From positions 1,110,001 through 1,142,000 of the forward strand of contig OZ252279.1 in the NCBI GenBank assembly GCA_965250005.1: a DNA stretch of 32,000 nucleotides, given 5' to 3'. Source of the stretch: Demequinaceae bacterium (lineage in GTDB: Bacteria; Actinomycetota; Actinomycetes; Actinomycetales; Demequinaceae). Positions 8,410-18,593 of the stretch are shown here, in pieces (positions within the stretch are counted from its first letter, which is position 1; each line of letters begins with the position of its first letter). Made by a program: the position numbers and the translations under genes. The notes beneath the pieces are model-generated. The model ran no database searches. It was not told the DNA's origin and saw only the letters and a program-made list of their open reading frames with translations.

Positions 8410-10497
8410 ATGCTAGGGGGTGTGAGTCGGAGCATATTCATCACCTCGGCCGAGGGCAACAGTGGCAAGTCCACAGTAGCCCTCGGCATTGTCGACCTCT
8501 TGGCCCGAAACGTCGGCAAGGTCGGCGTGTTCAGGCCGGTCGCACGCGTGGGCGACGGCTCGGACTACGTCCTGCAACTTCTTTTGGGGCACGACGGCGT
8601 TGACCTCAACTACAACGAGTGCGTGGGCGCCACTTACGACGACGTCCACAACGACCCCGACGGCACGCTCGCCACCATCGTCGCGCGCTATCACGAGGTC
8701 GCCAAGAAGTGTGACGCCGTCGTGGTGATCGGGACCGACTACACCGACATCGCCGGGCCCGCGGAGTTCGAGTACAACGCACGGATAGCGGCCAATCTCG
8801 GGATGCCCGTGGCCCTCGTCGTGAGCGGTGCGCACCGCACTCCGAAGGAGGTCGCACGCGTCGTCGAAGCCGCGAGCGTCGAACTCAAAGACTCGCACGC
8901 GCACCTGGCCGCGGTATTCGCGAATCGCTGCGAACCCTCTCAGGTGGACAGCGTCCGTGCCGCTCTACCCGCTGCTACCGCCATGGGCGCCCTCCCTGAA
9001 GACCCCGTGTTAACTGCGCCAATACTGTCGGCCCTCGTGTCTTCGGTGGACGGAGAACTGATCAGCGGAGACCCCGACCTCTTGGGCCGAGAAGTGTTTG
9101 GCGTCACCATCGGCGCGATGACGGTCGACCATTTGCTTGACCGGCTCGAAGAAGGCCACGTGGTCATCACCCCAGGCGACCGCGCCGACGTCGTCATCGG
9201 ATTGCTCGCGGCGCACGCGGCGGACGGCTACCCAAGCCTGGCCGGCATCATACTTAACGGCGGATTCTTGCCGTCCACCCCGGTGATGCGCCTGCTCGAC
9301 GGTATGAAAACTCCCGTGCCAATCATCAGGACCAAACTGGGCACATTCAAGGCGGCCAAAAGGTGCGGAAACACTCGCGGCCGCCTCTCTCGGGAATCGT
9401 CGCTCAAAGTCGACACCGCGCTCGGCCTCTTCGAACGCCACGTGGACGCGGCGGCCCTGCTCACGCTCCTAGACGTCGCGCGCACCGACGTCGTGACGCC
9501 CCTGATGTTCGAATGGGACTTACTTGACCGTGCCCGGCAGACGCGCCAGCACATCGTCCTGCCGGAGGGCGACGACGACCGCATCCTCCGTGCGGCCTCC
9601 ACGCTGCTGAGCCGCGACGTGGTTGACCTCACCATCCTCGGACGGGAGTCAACGGTTCGCTCCCGCGCATCGGAGTTGGGAGTGAACATCGCCCAAGCCG
9701 CTGTGCTGAATCCAGAAGACCCCGAGCTGGTCGAGCGCTTCGCCGCCCAGTACGCCCAACTGCGCTCCCACAAAGGAGTCTCCCTCGAGAACGCGCGCGG
9801 CACCGTGAAGGACGTCAGCTATTTCGGCACAATGATGGTGCTCGAGGGCTTGGCCGACGGCATGGTTTCCGGCGCTGCGCACACCACGGCGCACACGATC
9901 ACGCCTGCGTTCCAGGTGATCAAGACTCCCCCTGGCGTGAGCATCGTGTCGTCCGTGTTCTTGATGTGCCTCGAGGACCGCGTACTCGTATATGGCGACT
10001 GCGCGATCAATCCCGATCCCACCGCCGAGCAGCTCGCCGACATCGCGATCTCATCCGCCGAGACTGCAGCCCAGTTCCACATCGAGCCACGCGTTGCCAT
10101 GCTCAGTTACTCGACGGGAGAATCCGGAACCGGCGACGACGTGGACAAAGTGCGCGCCGCAACTGAACTGGTCCGCGCACGTCGACCGGACCTCTTGGTA
10201 GACGGCCCCATGCAATACGACGCTGCCATCGAGCCAAGTGTGGCAAGGAAGAAGATACCCGGCTCGGACGTCGCCGGCCGCGCTACTGTATTCGTTTTCC
10301 CTGATTTGAACACCGGCAACAACACGTACAAAGCCGTTCAGCGCTCCGCAGGCGCCGTCGCGATTGGGCCCGTGCTTCAAGGCTTGAAGAAGCCGGTAAA
10401 CGACCTGTCTCGCGGTGCCCTCGTGCAGGACATCGTCAACACAGTGGCGATTACGGCCATTCAGGCGCAACAGATCGAAGCAACGGAGCCCGCGTGA
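8410..10497 (+). CDS. pta: phosphate acetyltransferase, long form with N-terminal regulatory domain
   Basis: The N-terminal region contains SAEGNSGKST. The C-terminal PTA domain motifs are HIVLPEGDDDRIL, SGAAHTTAHTI, YGDCAINP and PVNDLSRGA. An alternative start is GTG 8422. Confidence 0.95.
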   Translation: MLGGVSRSIFITSAEGNSGKSTVALGIVDLLARNVGKVGVFRPVARVGDGSDYVLQLLLGHDGVDLNYNECVGATYDDVHNDPDGTLATIVARYHEVAKKCDAVVVIGTDYTDIAGPAEFEYNARIAANLGMPVALVVSGAHRTPKEVARVVEAASVELKDSHAHLAAVFANRCEPSQVDSVRAALPAATAMGALPEDPVLTAPILSALVSSVDGELISGDPDLLGREVFGVTIGAMTVDHLLDRLEEGHVVITPGDRADVVIGLLAAHAADGYPSLAGIILNGGFLPSTPVMRLLDGMKTPVPIIRTKLGTFKAAKRCGNTRGRLSRESSLKVDTALGLFERHVDAAALLTLLDVARTDVVTPLMFEWDLLDRARQTRQHIVLPEGDDDRILRAASTLLSRDVVDLTILGRESTVRSRASELGVNIAQAAVLNPEDPELVERFAAQYAQLRSHKGVSLENARGTVKDVSYFGTMMVLEGLADGMVSGAAHTTAHTITPAFQVIKTPPGVSIVSSVFLMCLEDRVLVYGDCAINPDPTAEQLADIAISSAETAAQFHIEPRVAMLSYSTGESGTGDDVDKVRAATELVRARRPDLLVDGPMQYDAAIEPSVARKKIPGSDVAGRATVFVFPDLNTGNNTYKAVQRSAGAVAIGPVLQGLKKPVNDLSRGALVQDIVNTVAITAIQAQQIEATEPA

Positions 10498-11639
10498 GGA
10501 AATCGCCGACGGGCGTCGCACTCGTCCTTAACTGTGGGTCGAGCTCGGTCAAATTTCAGGTGGTTGACGTCGCCAAGCCCGAGCCGCTCGCGGAGGGACT
10601 GATCGAGCGCGTCGACAACCACTCCGAGGCGATCGAGAGAATCATCGCGTCGCTCGCCGCGCCCGACAGCGGCGTGAGCCTCCAAGACATCAGCGTTGTA
10701 GGTCACCGCGTTGTCCAAGGCGGCGCCGAGTTCTCCGCTCCGACCGTTATCGACGACGAAGTCGAGCACCAAGTAACCCTGCTTTCCACGCTCGCGCCGT
10801 TACACAACCCGCCCAACCTCGCTGGCATAGCGGCCGCGCGCGTCGCGTTTCCGCTGCTATCTCATGTCGCAGTTTTCGACACCGCCTTTCACCACTCATT
10901 GCCCGAGGCTGCCTACACGTACGCGATCGACCGACTCGTGGCCGAGGCCCACGGCGTGCGGCGATACGGGTTTCACGGGACGTCCTACGCGTACGTTTCG
11001 CGCGAAACAGCCTCCGCAATGCGACGGGACATAAAGGATCTGTCGATGGTGGTGCTACACCTTGGCAACGGCGCGTCGGCGTGCGCCATACAGGGCGGCC
11101 GAAGTGTCGACACGTCAATGGGCCTGACACCCCTCGAGGGCCTAGTCATGGGCACTCGCTCGGGCGACCTCGACCCTGCCGTCGTTTTCCACCTGTCGCG
11201 CGCCGCTGGCATGGACACTGGGGAGATAGATCACCTGCTGAATCGGCGAAGCGGAATGCTCGGCATGGCCGGCCATTCAGATATGCGTGACATTGAAGGC
11301 GCCATGTTGGCGGGAGACCCAGGCGCCCTCCTGGCGCACGAGGTGTACTGCAGGCGAATCAAGGGCTATGTTGGCCGCTACTACGCTCAGATGGGTGCGC
11401 TTGACGCTGTGGTTTTCACGGCTGGCGTGGGCGAGAACTCGGACGTCGTACGCGCGGACTCGCTCGGCGGGCTCGAGGCGCTCGGGATCGAGATTGATCC
11501 CAAACTCAATGCCGGGCGCAAGAACAAGCCGACCCGAGTATCGTCCAAGAACTCTCGCGTCGAGGTATGGGTGGTGCCCACTAACGAGGAGCGAGAGATC
11601 GCGCTTCAAGCCGTTGCGACTGTGGCGACCTCGAGCTAA
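10494..11639 (+). CDS. ackA: acetate kinase
   Basis: Motifs NCGSSSVKF, GHRVVQGG, FDTAFHH, RRYGFHGTSY, HLGNGAS, GTRSGDLDP and FTAGVGEN are present. The GTG start overlaps the pta stop (GTGA at 10494-10497). Confidence 0.95.
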   Translation: MRKSPTGVALVLNCGSSSVKFQVVDVAKPEPLAEGLIERVDNHSEAIERIIASLAAPDSGVSLQDISVVGHRVVQGGAEFSAPTVIDDEVEHQVTLLSTLAPLHNPPNLAGIAAARVAFPLLSHVAVFDTAFHHSLPEAAYTYAIDRLVAEAHGVRRYGFHGTSYAYVSRETASAMRRDIKDLSMVVLHLGNGASACAIQGGRSVDTSMGLTPLEGLVMGTRSGDLDPAVVFHLSRAAGMDTGEIDHLLNRRSGMLGMAGHSDMRDIEGAMLAGDPGALLAHEVYCRRIKGYVGRYYAQMGALDAVVFTAGVGENSDVVRADSLGGLEALGIEIDPKLNAGRKNKPTRVSSKNSRVEVWVVPTNEEREIALQAVATVATSS

Positions 11640-11665
11640 AGAGACTGCTCGCTCCGCGCGACACC

Positions 11666-11687
11666 CCCAGCGCTTCAGAGCGCTGGG
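11666..11687 (+). terminator. stem-loop downstream of ackA (candidate intrinsic terminator, no U-tract)
   Basis: CCCAGCGCT-TCAG-AGCGCTGGG forms a perfect 9-bp stem with a 4-nt loop, starting 27 nt after the ackA stop. Confidence 0.5.
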
Positions 11688-12071
11688 CCCGCGACCGGGA
11701 CTAAGGACCCAGGGCGCCGCAACTGGCCAGTGCCAGACTCTGAAGTGCGGGTCTGACCGTGTGCCACGGCTTCGAGCCCGTCGGAGTTTCACTCCGCCAA
11801 CTGAATAGACATTCCTGATTCCTTCGATCGGGAACCGTGCCGGAGTGCTCAGCAGGGTCACGTTTCGCGTGCCTCTGTGATGACAGTTCTCTACTCGGGG
11901 TGACTTACCCTCCCATATTGCCCCGGCGAACGCTTCGGCCAACGTCACGAGAGTGGCGAGCGGGACTACGCCCTGTTTGACGCCTGCTGCACTATTGCCG
12001 TTCCATGCGACGCGAGGGTTGCATGTGGACCGGCGGCGCGGCGCGACGGGCTCGCTCGTTGCTCTCGCGGC

Positions 12072-14033
12072 ATGTCCGCTTCTTCTCGCCCGCACGGCGA
12101 CCACTGCCAGCACGACTACCCTGAACCCGTGGCCCACCTCTTAAGCGCAGACGCGCTGCACCTAGACTTTGGCTCGGGAACCGTCCTCGACTCCGTCTCC
12201 CTTGGCCTTGACGATGGCGATCGGATCGGAATCGTTGGCGACAACGGCGCCGGAAAATCGTCACTCGTCAAGCTCCTAGACGGCAGGCTAGAACCGCACG
12301 AGGGTCGCGTGACGCGCGCCCGCGGCGTCACGGTCGGCGTGCTCGACCAAGACGACGGAATCGACCTTGCGCACACGGTGATCGAGGCGATCGTGGGCGA
12401 TGCCGACGACCACGAGTGGTCCTCGGACCCGCGCGTGCGAGACATCATGACCGGACTCGTTCCCGACATCGCGGGCGACGCATTGGTGGGCTCGCTCTCG
12501 GGTGGCCAGCAACGTCGCGTTGCACTTGCCAGGGTGCTCGTGGGTGATCACGACGTCCTATTCCTTGACGAGCCCACAAATCACCTCGATGTCGACGGCG
12601 TGACGTGGCTCGCCGAGCACGTGAAGCGGCGCTGGGGAGCGGGCAAGGGCGCCCTAGCTGTCATCACTCACGATCGCTGGTTCCTCGATGAGGTGTCCAC
12701 TGATACCTGGGAAGTACACCACGGCCGCGTGGACCAGTACGAAGGCGGCTACGCGTCATACGTATTGCAGCGGGTCGAGCGCGACCGGGTTTCCAACGTC
12801 ACGGAACAGCGGCGCCAGAACCTCATGCGCAAGGAGCTCGCGTGGTTGCGGCGCGGCGCACCCGCGCGGACCAGCAAGCCCAAGTTCCGGATCGAAGCCG
12901 CCAATGCCTTGATCGAGGACGTGCCGCCCGTGCGCGACACCGCTGGACTAGTCCGCCTCGCGGCGGCGAGGCTCGGCAAAGAAGTCGTCAACGTCCTTAA
13001 CTGCTCCGTCACCTACGGAACCGGAGACGACGCGGTCGAGGTTCTCAAGGATGTCGAATGGCGCATCGGCCCCGGGGAACGGACCGGAATTCTTGGCGAA
13101 AACGGCGCGGGAAAGTCCACTCTGCTCAAGCTGATTTCGGGTGAACTCCAGCCCACGTCCGGGCGTGTGAAGCGCGGGCTAACTGTCAAGGTCTCCCAAC
13201 TGAGCCAGCATCTTCACGAGCTAGACGAGTACGAGAACGAGCGATTGCGTGCCGTCGTCAAGCGTTACCACTCGACCACGCTCGCCGACGGCACGGAGAT
13301 GTCCCCCGGCCAGCTCCTCGAGAGGTTGGGCTTTACCTCCGCCCAACTGTCGATCCAGGTTGGCAAGTTGAGTGGCGGTCAACGGCGCCGCCTCCAGCTG
13401 TTGCTTGTTCTTCTGTCGGAGCCAAACGTCCTTGTACTCGACGAGCCGACGAACGACCTGGACACGGATATGCTCGCCGCCATCGAGGACCTGCTTGACG
13501 CCTGGCCAGGCGCCCTGATCGTCGTGAGCCACGACCGGTACCTGCTCGAGCGCGTAACCGACCAGCAATACGCCGTGACTGGCGGTGCACTGCGCCATCT
13601 TCCGGGCGGAATCGACCAGTACATTGAACTGTCACGCGAACGACGAGCCAAACAGGGCGGCGTGGGCGCGTTCGGCGGCCGGCATGCTTTCGGCAAAGCC
13701 AAGAAATCCAAAGCGCAGTCGGCCAATGCACGGGCAGCTGTCCCCACTGGGAACCCTCGCGAGAGGAAGCGGTCGAGGACGTCAAGTGCGCCTACAGCAG
13801 CGCCCGAACTCGCCGGAGCTGAGCGCCGCGTAATCGAGAAGGAGGTCGCAGCAGCCGAGCGACGCCTCCAGAAGCTCACACAGTTGAGCAAGAAAGTTCA
13901 CGCCGAAATGGCTGGACACAATCAGTCCGACTTTGAGGGTCTCAAGGCGCTAAATAACAGACTTCGTGCCTACGCAGCCGAGACCGCGACGCTCGAAGGC
14001 TCCTGGCTGGAGATGACCGACCAGCTGGGCTAA
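12072..14033 (+). CDS. ABC-F family ATPase, Uup-like (two ABC domains, C-terminal coiled-coil tail)
   Basis: Walker A motifs are GDNGAGKS and GENGAGKS, signatures are LSGGQQRR and LSGGQRRR, and Walker B motifs are LFLDEPTNHLD and LVLDEPTNDLD. There is no TM domain, and the C-terminus is a basic, coiled-coil tail. The start is ambiguous: ATG 12072 has no SD, and GTG 12129 is in frame. Confidence 0.9.
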   Translation: MSASSRPHGDHCQHDYPEPVAHLLSADALHLDFGSGTVLDSVSLGLDDGDRIGIVGDNGAGKSSLVKLLDGRLEPHEGRVTRARGVTVGVLDQDDGIDLAHTVIEAIVGDADDHEWSSDPRVRDIMTGLVPDIAGDALVGSLSGGQQRRVALARVLVGDHDVLFLDEPTNHLDVDGVTWLAEHVKRRWGAGKGALAVITHDRWFLDEVSTDTWEVHHGRVDQYEGGYASYVLQRVERDRVSNVTEQRRQNLMRKELAWLRRGAPARTSKPKFRIEAANALIEDVPPVRDTAGLVRLAAARLGKEVVNVLNCSVTYGTGDDAVEVLKDVEWRIGPGERTGILGENGAGKSTLLKLISGELQPTSGRVKRGLTVKVSQLSQHLHELDEYENERLRAVVKRYHSTTLADGTEMSPGQLLERLGFTSAQLSIQVGKLSGGQRRRLQLLLVLLSEPNVLVLDEPTNDLDTDMLAAIEDLLDAWPGALIVVSHDRYLLERVTDQQYAVTGGALRHLPGGIDQYIELSRERRAKQGGVGAFGGRHAFGKAKKSKAQSANARAAVPTGNPRERKRSRTSSAPTAAPELAGAERRVIEKEVAAAERRLQKLTQLSKKVHAEMAGHNQSDFEGLKALNNRLRAYAAETATLEGSWLEMTDQLG

Positions 14034-14045
14034 CTCTGCGAGGGA

Positions 14046-15179
14046 CTACCCGACCCGCCCCGGTTGATACGGAGCGACCACCACATCGACGCGCTGGAAC
14101 TCCTTGAGGTCTGAATACCCCGTCGTGGCCATTGACCGTCGCAGCGCACCCATGAGATTTGTGGTGCCGTCCGCGCGCTTGCCCGGGCCCAGCACGATTT
14201 CTTCGAGGGTCCCCACCTCGCCCACCTGAACTCGTTCGCCACGTGGAAGCTCGGCGTGGTGAGCTTCGTGGCCCCAATGGTATCCGCCACCGGGCGCCTC
14301 CGCGGCTCGTGCCAAAGCCGCGCCAACCATCATGGCGTCTGCGCCACACGCAATCGCTTTGACCATGTCCCCCGACCGGCCGAGGCCGCCGTCCGCGATT
14401 ACGTGTACATACCGTCCACCGGACTCGTCCAGGTAGTCCCGGCGAGCCGCCGCTACATCGGCGACTGCGGTCGCCATGGGCGTGTGAATCCCCACCGTAG
14501 TGCGCGTGGTGTGGGCTGCGCCGCCCCCGAACCCCACGAGCACGCCAGCGGCACCGGTGCGCATCAGGTGCAGGGCCGCCTGGTACGTCGACGCACCGCC
14601 CACGATGACCGGAACGTCAAGGTCGTAGATGAACTTCTTGAGGTTGAGCGGCTCGCTTTCCTCCGACACGTGCTCGGCAGACACCGTGGTGCCGCGGATC
14701 ACGAAGATGTCGACACCGGCCTCCAACACAGTCTTGTATAGCTCTTGCGTCCGGTGGGGCGTGAGTGCGCCAGCAACCGTGACTCCGGCGTCCCTCATGG
14801 CGCGCAGGTGTTTCTTGACCAACTCAGGGTCAATGGAAGCACTGTAGATCTCCTGCATGCGCGCCGTCGCGTCTGCAGCATCCAACTGCGCGATTTCGGC
14901 GAGGTGCGGCTCCGGATGTTCGTATCGCGTCCAGAGCCCTTCGAGGTCGAGCACCCCAAGCCCGCCCATCTTGCCCAGCGCGATAGCGGTGGCGGGAGAC
15001 ATCACTGAGTCCATGGGCGCGGCTATGAGCGGCAGGTCGAATTGGAAAGCGTCGATCTGCCACTTGAGGCTGACCTGGTTGGGGTCGCGCGTGCGGCGCG
15101 AGGGCACCACGGCAACGTCGTCAAACGCGTACGCGCGGCGGCCGCGCTTGCCCACACCAATTTCAATCTCGTTGTTCAC
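14046..15179 (-). CDS. guaB3: GuaB3-type IMP dehydrogenase-related protein (no CBS pair)
   Basis: The sequence looks like an IMPDH-like barrel (AAPMDSVMSP, VIVGGASTYQAALHLMRTGAAGVLVG, ACGADAMMVG) without a CBS insertion. It lies near guaB, as in other actinobacteria. Confidence 0.88.
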   Translation of the reverse strand: MNNEIEIGVGKRGRRAYAFDDVAVVPSRRTRDPNQVSLKWQIDAFQFDLPLIAAPMDSVMSPATAIALGKMGGLGVLDLEGLWTRYEHPEPHLAEIAQLDAADATARMQEIYSASIDPELVKKHLRAMRDAGVTVAGALTPHRTQELYKTVLEAGVDIFVIRGTTVSAEHVSEESEPLNLKKFIYDLDVPVIVGGASTYQAALHLMRTGAAGVLVGFGGGAAHTTRTTVGIHTPMATAVADVAAARRDYLDESGGRYVHVIADGGLGRSGDMVKAIACGADAMMVGAALARAAEAPGGGYHWGHEAHHAELPRGERVQVGEVGTLEEIVLGPGKRADGTTNLMGALRRSMATTGYSDLKEFQRVDVVVAPYQPGRVG

Positions 15180-15239
15180 CCGTCTAGCGTAGCGGCACGC
15201 CTAGGGTCCACTGTCAGGGGGCAATGACAGAATGGTTCC

Positions 15240-15959
15240 ATGACCTGGCTAGAACGGACCATGGTGGGCTTCGACACGGAGACCACGGGCGTCAACACCT
15301 CGACAGACCGCATCGTCACCGCCGCGATCATCACACGCGACAACGCCGATGGCCCGCCCAACCAGCGCACGTGGCTCATCAACCCCGGCGTAGACATCCC
15401 CGCCGCCGCGACCGCTGTACATGGCATCACCACGGAACAGGCTCGCGACGCCGGGGTTTCACCGCAAGACGCGCTGGGAGAAATCGCCACGCTGCTGGCA
15501 AGCGCGCTGCGCGGCGGGTCGCCGGTTGTGGCGTTCAACGCCACCTTCGACATCTCGATACTCGAGGCGGAACTAGCAAGGTACCGCCTGCCGACGCTCA
15601 CCCAGCGCCTCAGCGATGCAGCAGGCATCAGGCCCCTCGTTGATCCGCTCGTGCTCGACAGGCATCTCGATCGCTACCGGCGCGGTAAGCGCACGTTGCT
15701 AGACCTGTGCGGCCACTACAACCTTGAGATCAACGCTGATGATCTACATGCAGCAGATGCAGACGTGCTCGCAACCATGGACCTGGTCCACGCGATGTCG
15801 CGGGTGTACCCCACGCTCGGTCAGGTAGAACTTACCGACCTGCACGACCAGCAAGTAGTAGCGCACCGCGCGTGGGCGGAAAATTTCCGTGCCTGGCTTA
15901 CGTCAAAGGGCAAAACGGACGATTTGCCAAGCGTCGACTGGCCCCTGCCAGTTCAGTAG
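15240..15959 (+). CDS. DEDDh 3'-5' exonuclease (DnaQ/epsilon-like domain protein)
   Basis: Exo motifs are GFDTETTG (I), AFNATFD (II) and HAADADVLAT (III, H-x4-D). About 60 aa at the C-terminus are unassigned. An alternative start is ATG 15261. Confidence 0.85.
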   Translation: MTWLERTMVGFDTETTGVNTSTDRIVTAAIITRDNADGPPNQRTWLINPGVDIPAAATAVHGITTEQARDAGVSPQDALGEIATLLASALRGGSPVVAFNATFDISILEAELARYRLPTLTQRLSDAAGIRPLVDPLVLDRHLDRYRRGKRTLLDLCGHYNLEINADDLHAADADVLATMDLVHAMSRVYPTLGQVELTDLHDQQVVAHRAWAENFRAWLTSKGKTDDLPSVDWPLPVQ

Positions 15960-15968
15960 CGACGTGCA

Positions 15969-17489
<1,521 letters not shown>

Positions 17490-17693
17490 CTACGGGAAGC
17501 AGACTGTCCCATTTCGCCCCGGTTTGAATACCCCCTACCCCCATAAGTGGGGGCTGTTGACGGCGCGGTCCCGCCGCCAGACTGTCATCAAGCGAACGCC
17601 GCGATGCAGGATCGAGATACCGACGTTTCGATTTGTGGCGCTGAGGTAGAGGGCGACTTCCCATCAGGCAGCCGTCTCACGGGAGCTACGCCC

Positions 17694-17984
17694 ATGGAAA
17701 TCGCCACCAATGTGCTGTCACCTACTCAGGACGAGTGGGAGTGGCAATATGAAGGGTCCTGCCGACAAGCCGACCCCAACATCTTTTTTCACCCTGAAGG
17801 GGAGCGCGGTTCCGCAAGGCGCCGTCGCGCCGAGAAAGCAAAACGCTTCTGTGGTGACTGCCCGGTACTAGCCATGTGCCGAGAGCGTTCCCTCAACGCG
17901 CGCGAACCGTTTGGCGTCTGGGGTGGCCTGAGCGAAGATGAGCGCCACGCATTGCTCCGTGACCAGGTGAAGCAGGCCAGCTAG
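17694..17984 (+). CDS. whiB: WhiB-family [4Fe-4S] transcription factor, WhiB3/WhiD-like
   Basis: ATG 17694 is preceded by GGGAG at 17681-17685. The sequence WEWQYEGSCRQADPNIFFHPEGERG...AKRFCGDCPVLAMCR...GVWGGLSEDER carries four Cys and the GVWGG turn. The ORF-track extension to 17547 was rejected. Confidence 0.9.
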   Translation: MEIATNVLSPTQDEWEWQYEGSCRQADPNIFFHPEGERGSARRRRAEKAKRFCGDCPVLAMCRERSLNAREPFGVWGGLSEDERHALLRDQVKQAS

Positions 17985-18025
17985 ACGCGAGTGACGCTTT
18001 CACTGCCAGATCGACCCCATACAGA

Positions 18026-18058
18026 TCGAGGGCCCCAGGATCAAGCCGGGGCCCTCGA
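18026..18058. terminator. bidirectional stem-loop between convergent whiB and groES
   Basis: TCGAGGGCCCC (18026-18036) pairs perfectly with GGGGCCCTCGA (18048-18058), giving an 11-bp stem with an 11-nt loop. It is the only strong hairpin in the 110-bp convergent gap. Confidence 0.7.
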
Positions 18059-18094
18059 CTGCTGTGTGCGACCCAACCGGGCCGCGATCAAAAC

Positions 18095-18388
18095 CTAACT
18101 GATCACCGCAAGCAGATCACGTGCGGAAAGGATGAGATAGTCCTCGCCGTCGTATTTGACTTCGGTGCCGCCGTACTTACTGTAGATAACCTTGTCGCCG
18201 ACGTTGACGTCCACAGGAATGCGGTTGCCATTATCGTCAATGCGACCAGGTCCAACCGCCACGACTTCGCCCTCTTGGGGCTTCTCCTTGGCGGTGTCAG
18301 GGATGACGAGTCCAGAGGCAGTAGTCTGCTCGGCATCTGCCGACTTGACCGCGACCTTGTCCTCGAGGGGCTTGATAGAGACCGACAC
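18095..18388 (-). CDS. groES: co-chaperonin GroES
   Basis: GTG 18388 gives [15 protein letters not shown]...[33 protein letters not shown] (97 aa). GAAGGTGAGG lies 6 nt upstream of the start. The ORF-track extension to 18478 was rejected. Confidence 0.96.
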   Translation of the reverse strand: MSVSIKPLEDKVAVKSADAEQTTASGLVIPDTAKEKPQEGEVVAVGPGRIDDNGNRIPVDVNVGDKVIYSKYGGTEVKYDGEDYLILSARDLLAVIS

Positions 18389-18513
18389 TGCGGACCTCAC
18401 CTTCCACGTTCGTGCTGAAACGATTAGCGGCAGCGCCCGGGGTGAAGGTGACCTTCTGAGTGTCCTACCCGCCCACAAGTGCCGCTCGCGCTCCTTGCTG
18501 AAGCACTAACAAC

Positions 18514-18540
18514 TTAGCACTCGCATGGGGAGAGTGCTAA
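18514..18540 (-). promoter_or_regulatory. CIRCE operator (HrcA binding site) upstream of groES
   Basis: This is a perfect match to the TTAGCACTC-N9-GAGTGCTAA consensus: TTAGCACTC 18514-18522, a 9-nt spacer, and GAGTGCTAA 18532-18540. On the groES strand, TTAGCA followed 18 nt later by TAAGTT could serve as overlapping -35/-10 elements. Confidence 0.9.
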
Positions 18541-18593
18541 CTCTTGTCAACGCTTTCGCTTTCGGTGAAGTGGGAGCGTGCAATTATCGAGTC

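Noticed and set aside
11706-11735. ACTGGCC ... CGCCCTGGG-like strings (minus strand) reminiscent of ZTP/pfl riboswitch boxes
   Set aside because: The two boxes are only about 10 nt apart instead of tens of nt, the helices do not form, and no purine or folate gene lies downstream on that strand.
11896-11925. Hairpin with a CCCTCCC loop, reminiscent of the C-rich loops of the actinobacterial 6C RNA
   Set aside because: From memory the 6C motif needs two such C-rich-loop hairpins, and only one is present. It is kept as part of the gap finding, not called as 6C.
11277-12137. 286-aa minus-strand ORF spanning the ackA 3' end, the whole 432-bp gap and the ABC-F 5' end
   Set aside because: It overlaps two confident CDS. 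Its sequence is Arg/Trp/Gly-rich with no motifs and no RBS. The open frame across the gap is noted, but I do not consider it coding.
18499-18510. GAAGCACTAAC next to the CIRCE element, as a possible second CIRCE
   Set aside because: It is only a half-site-like string. No complementary arm lies at 9-nt spacing.
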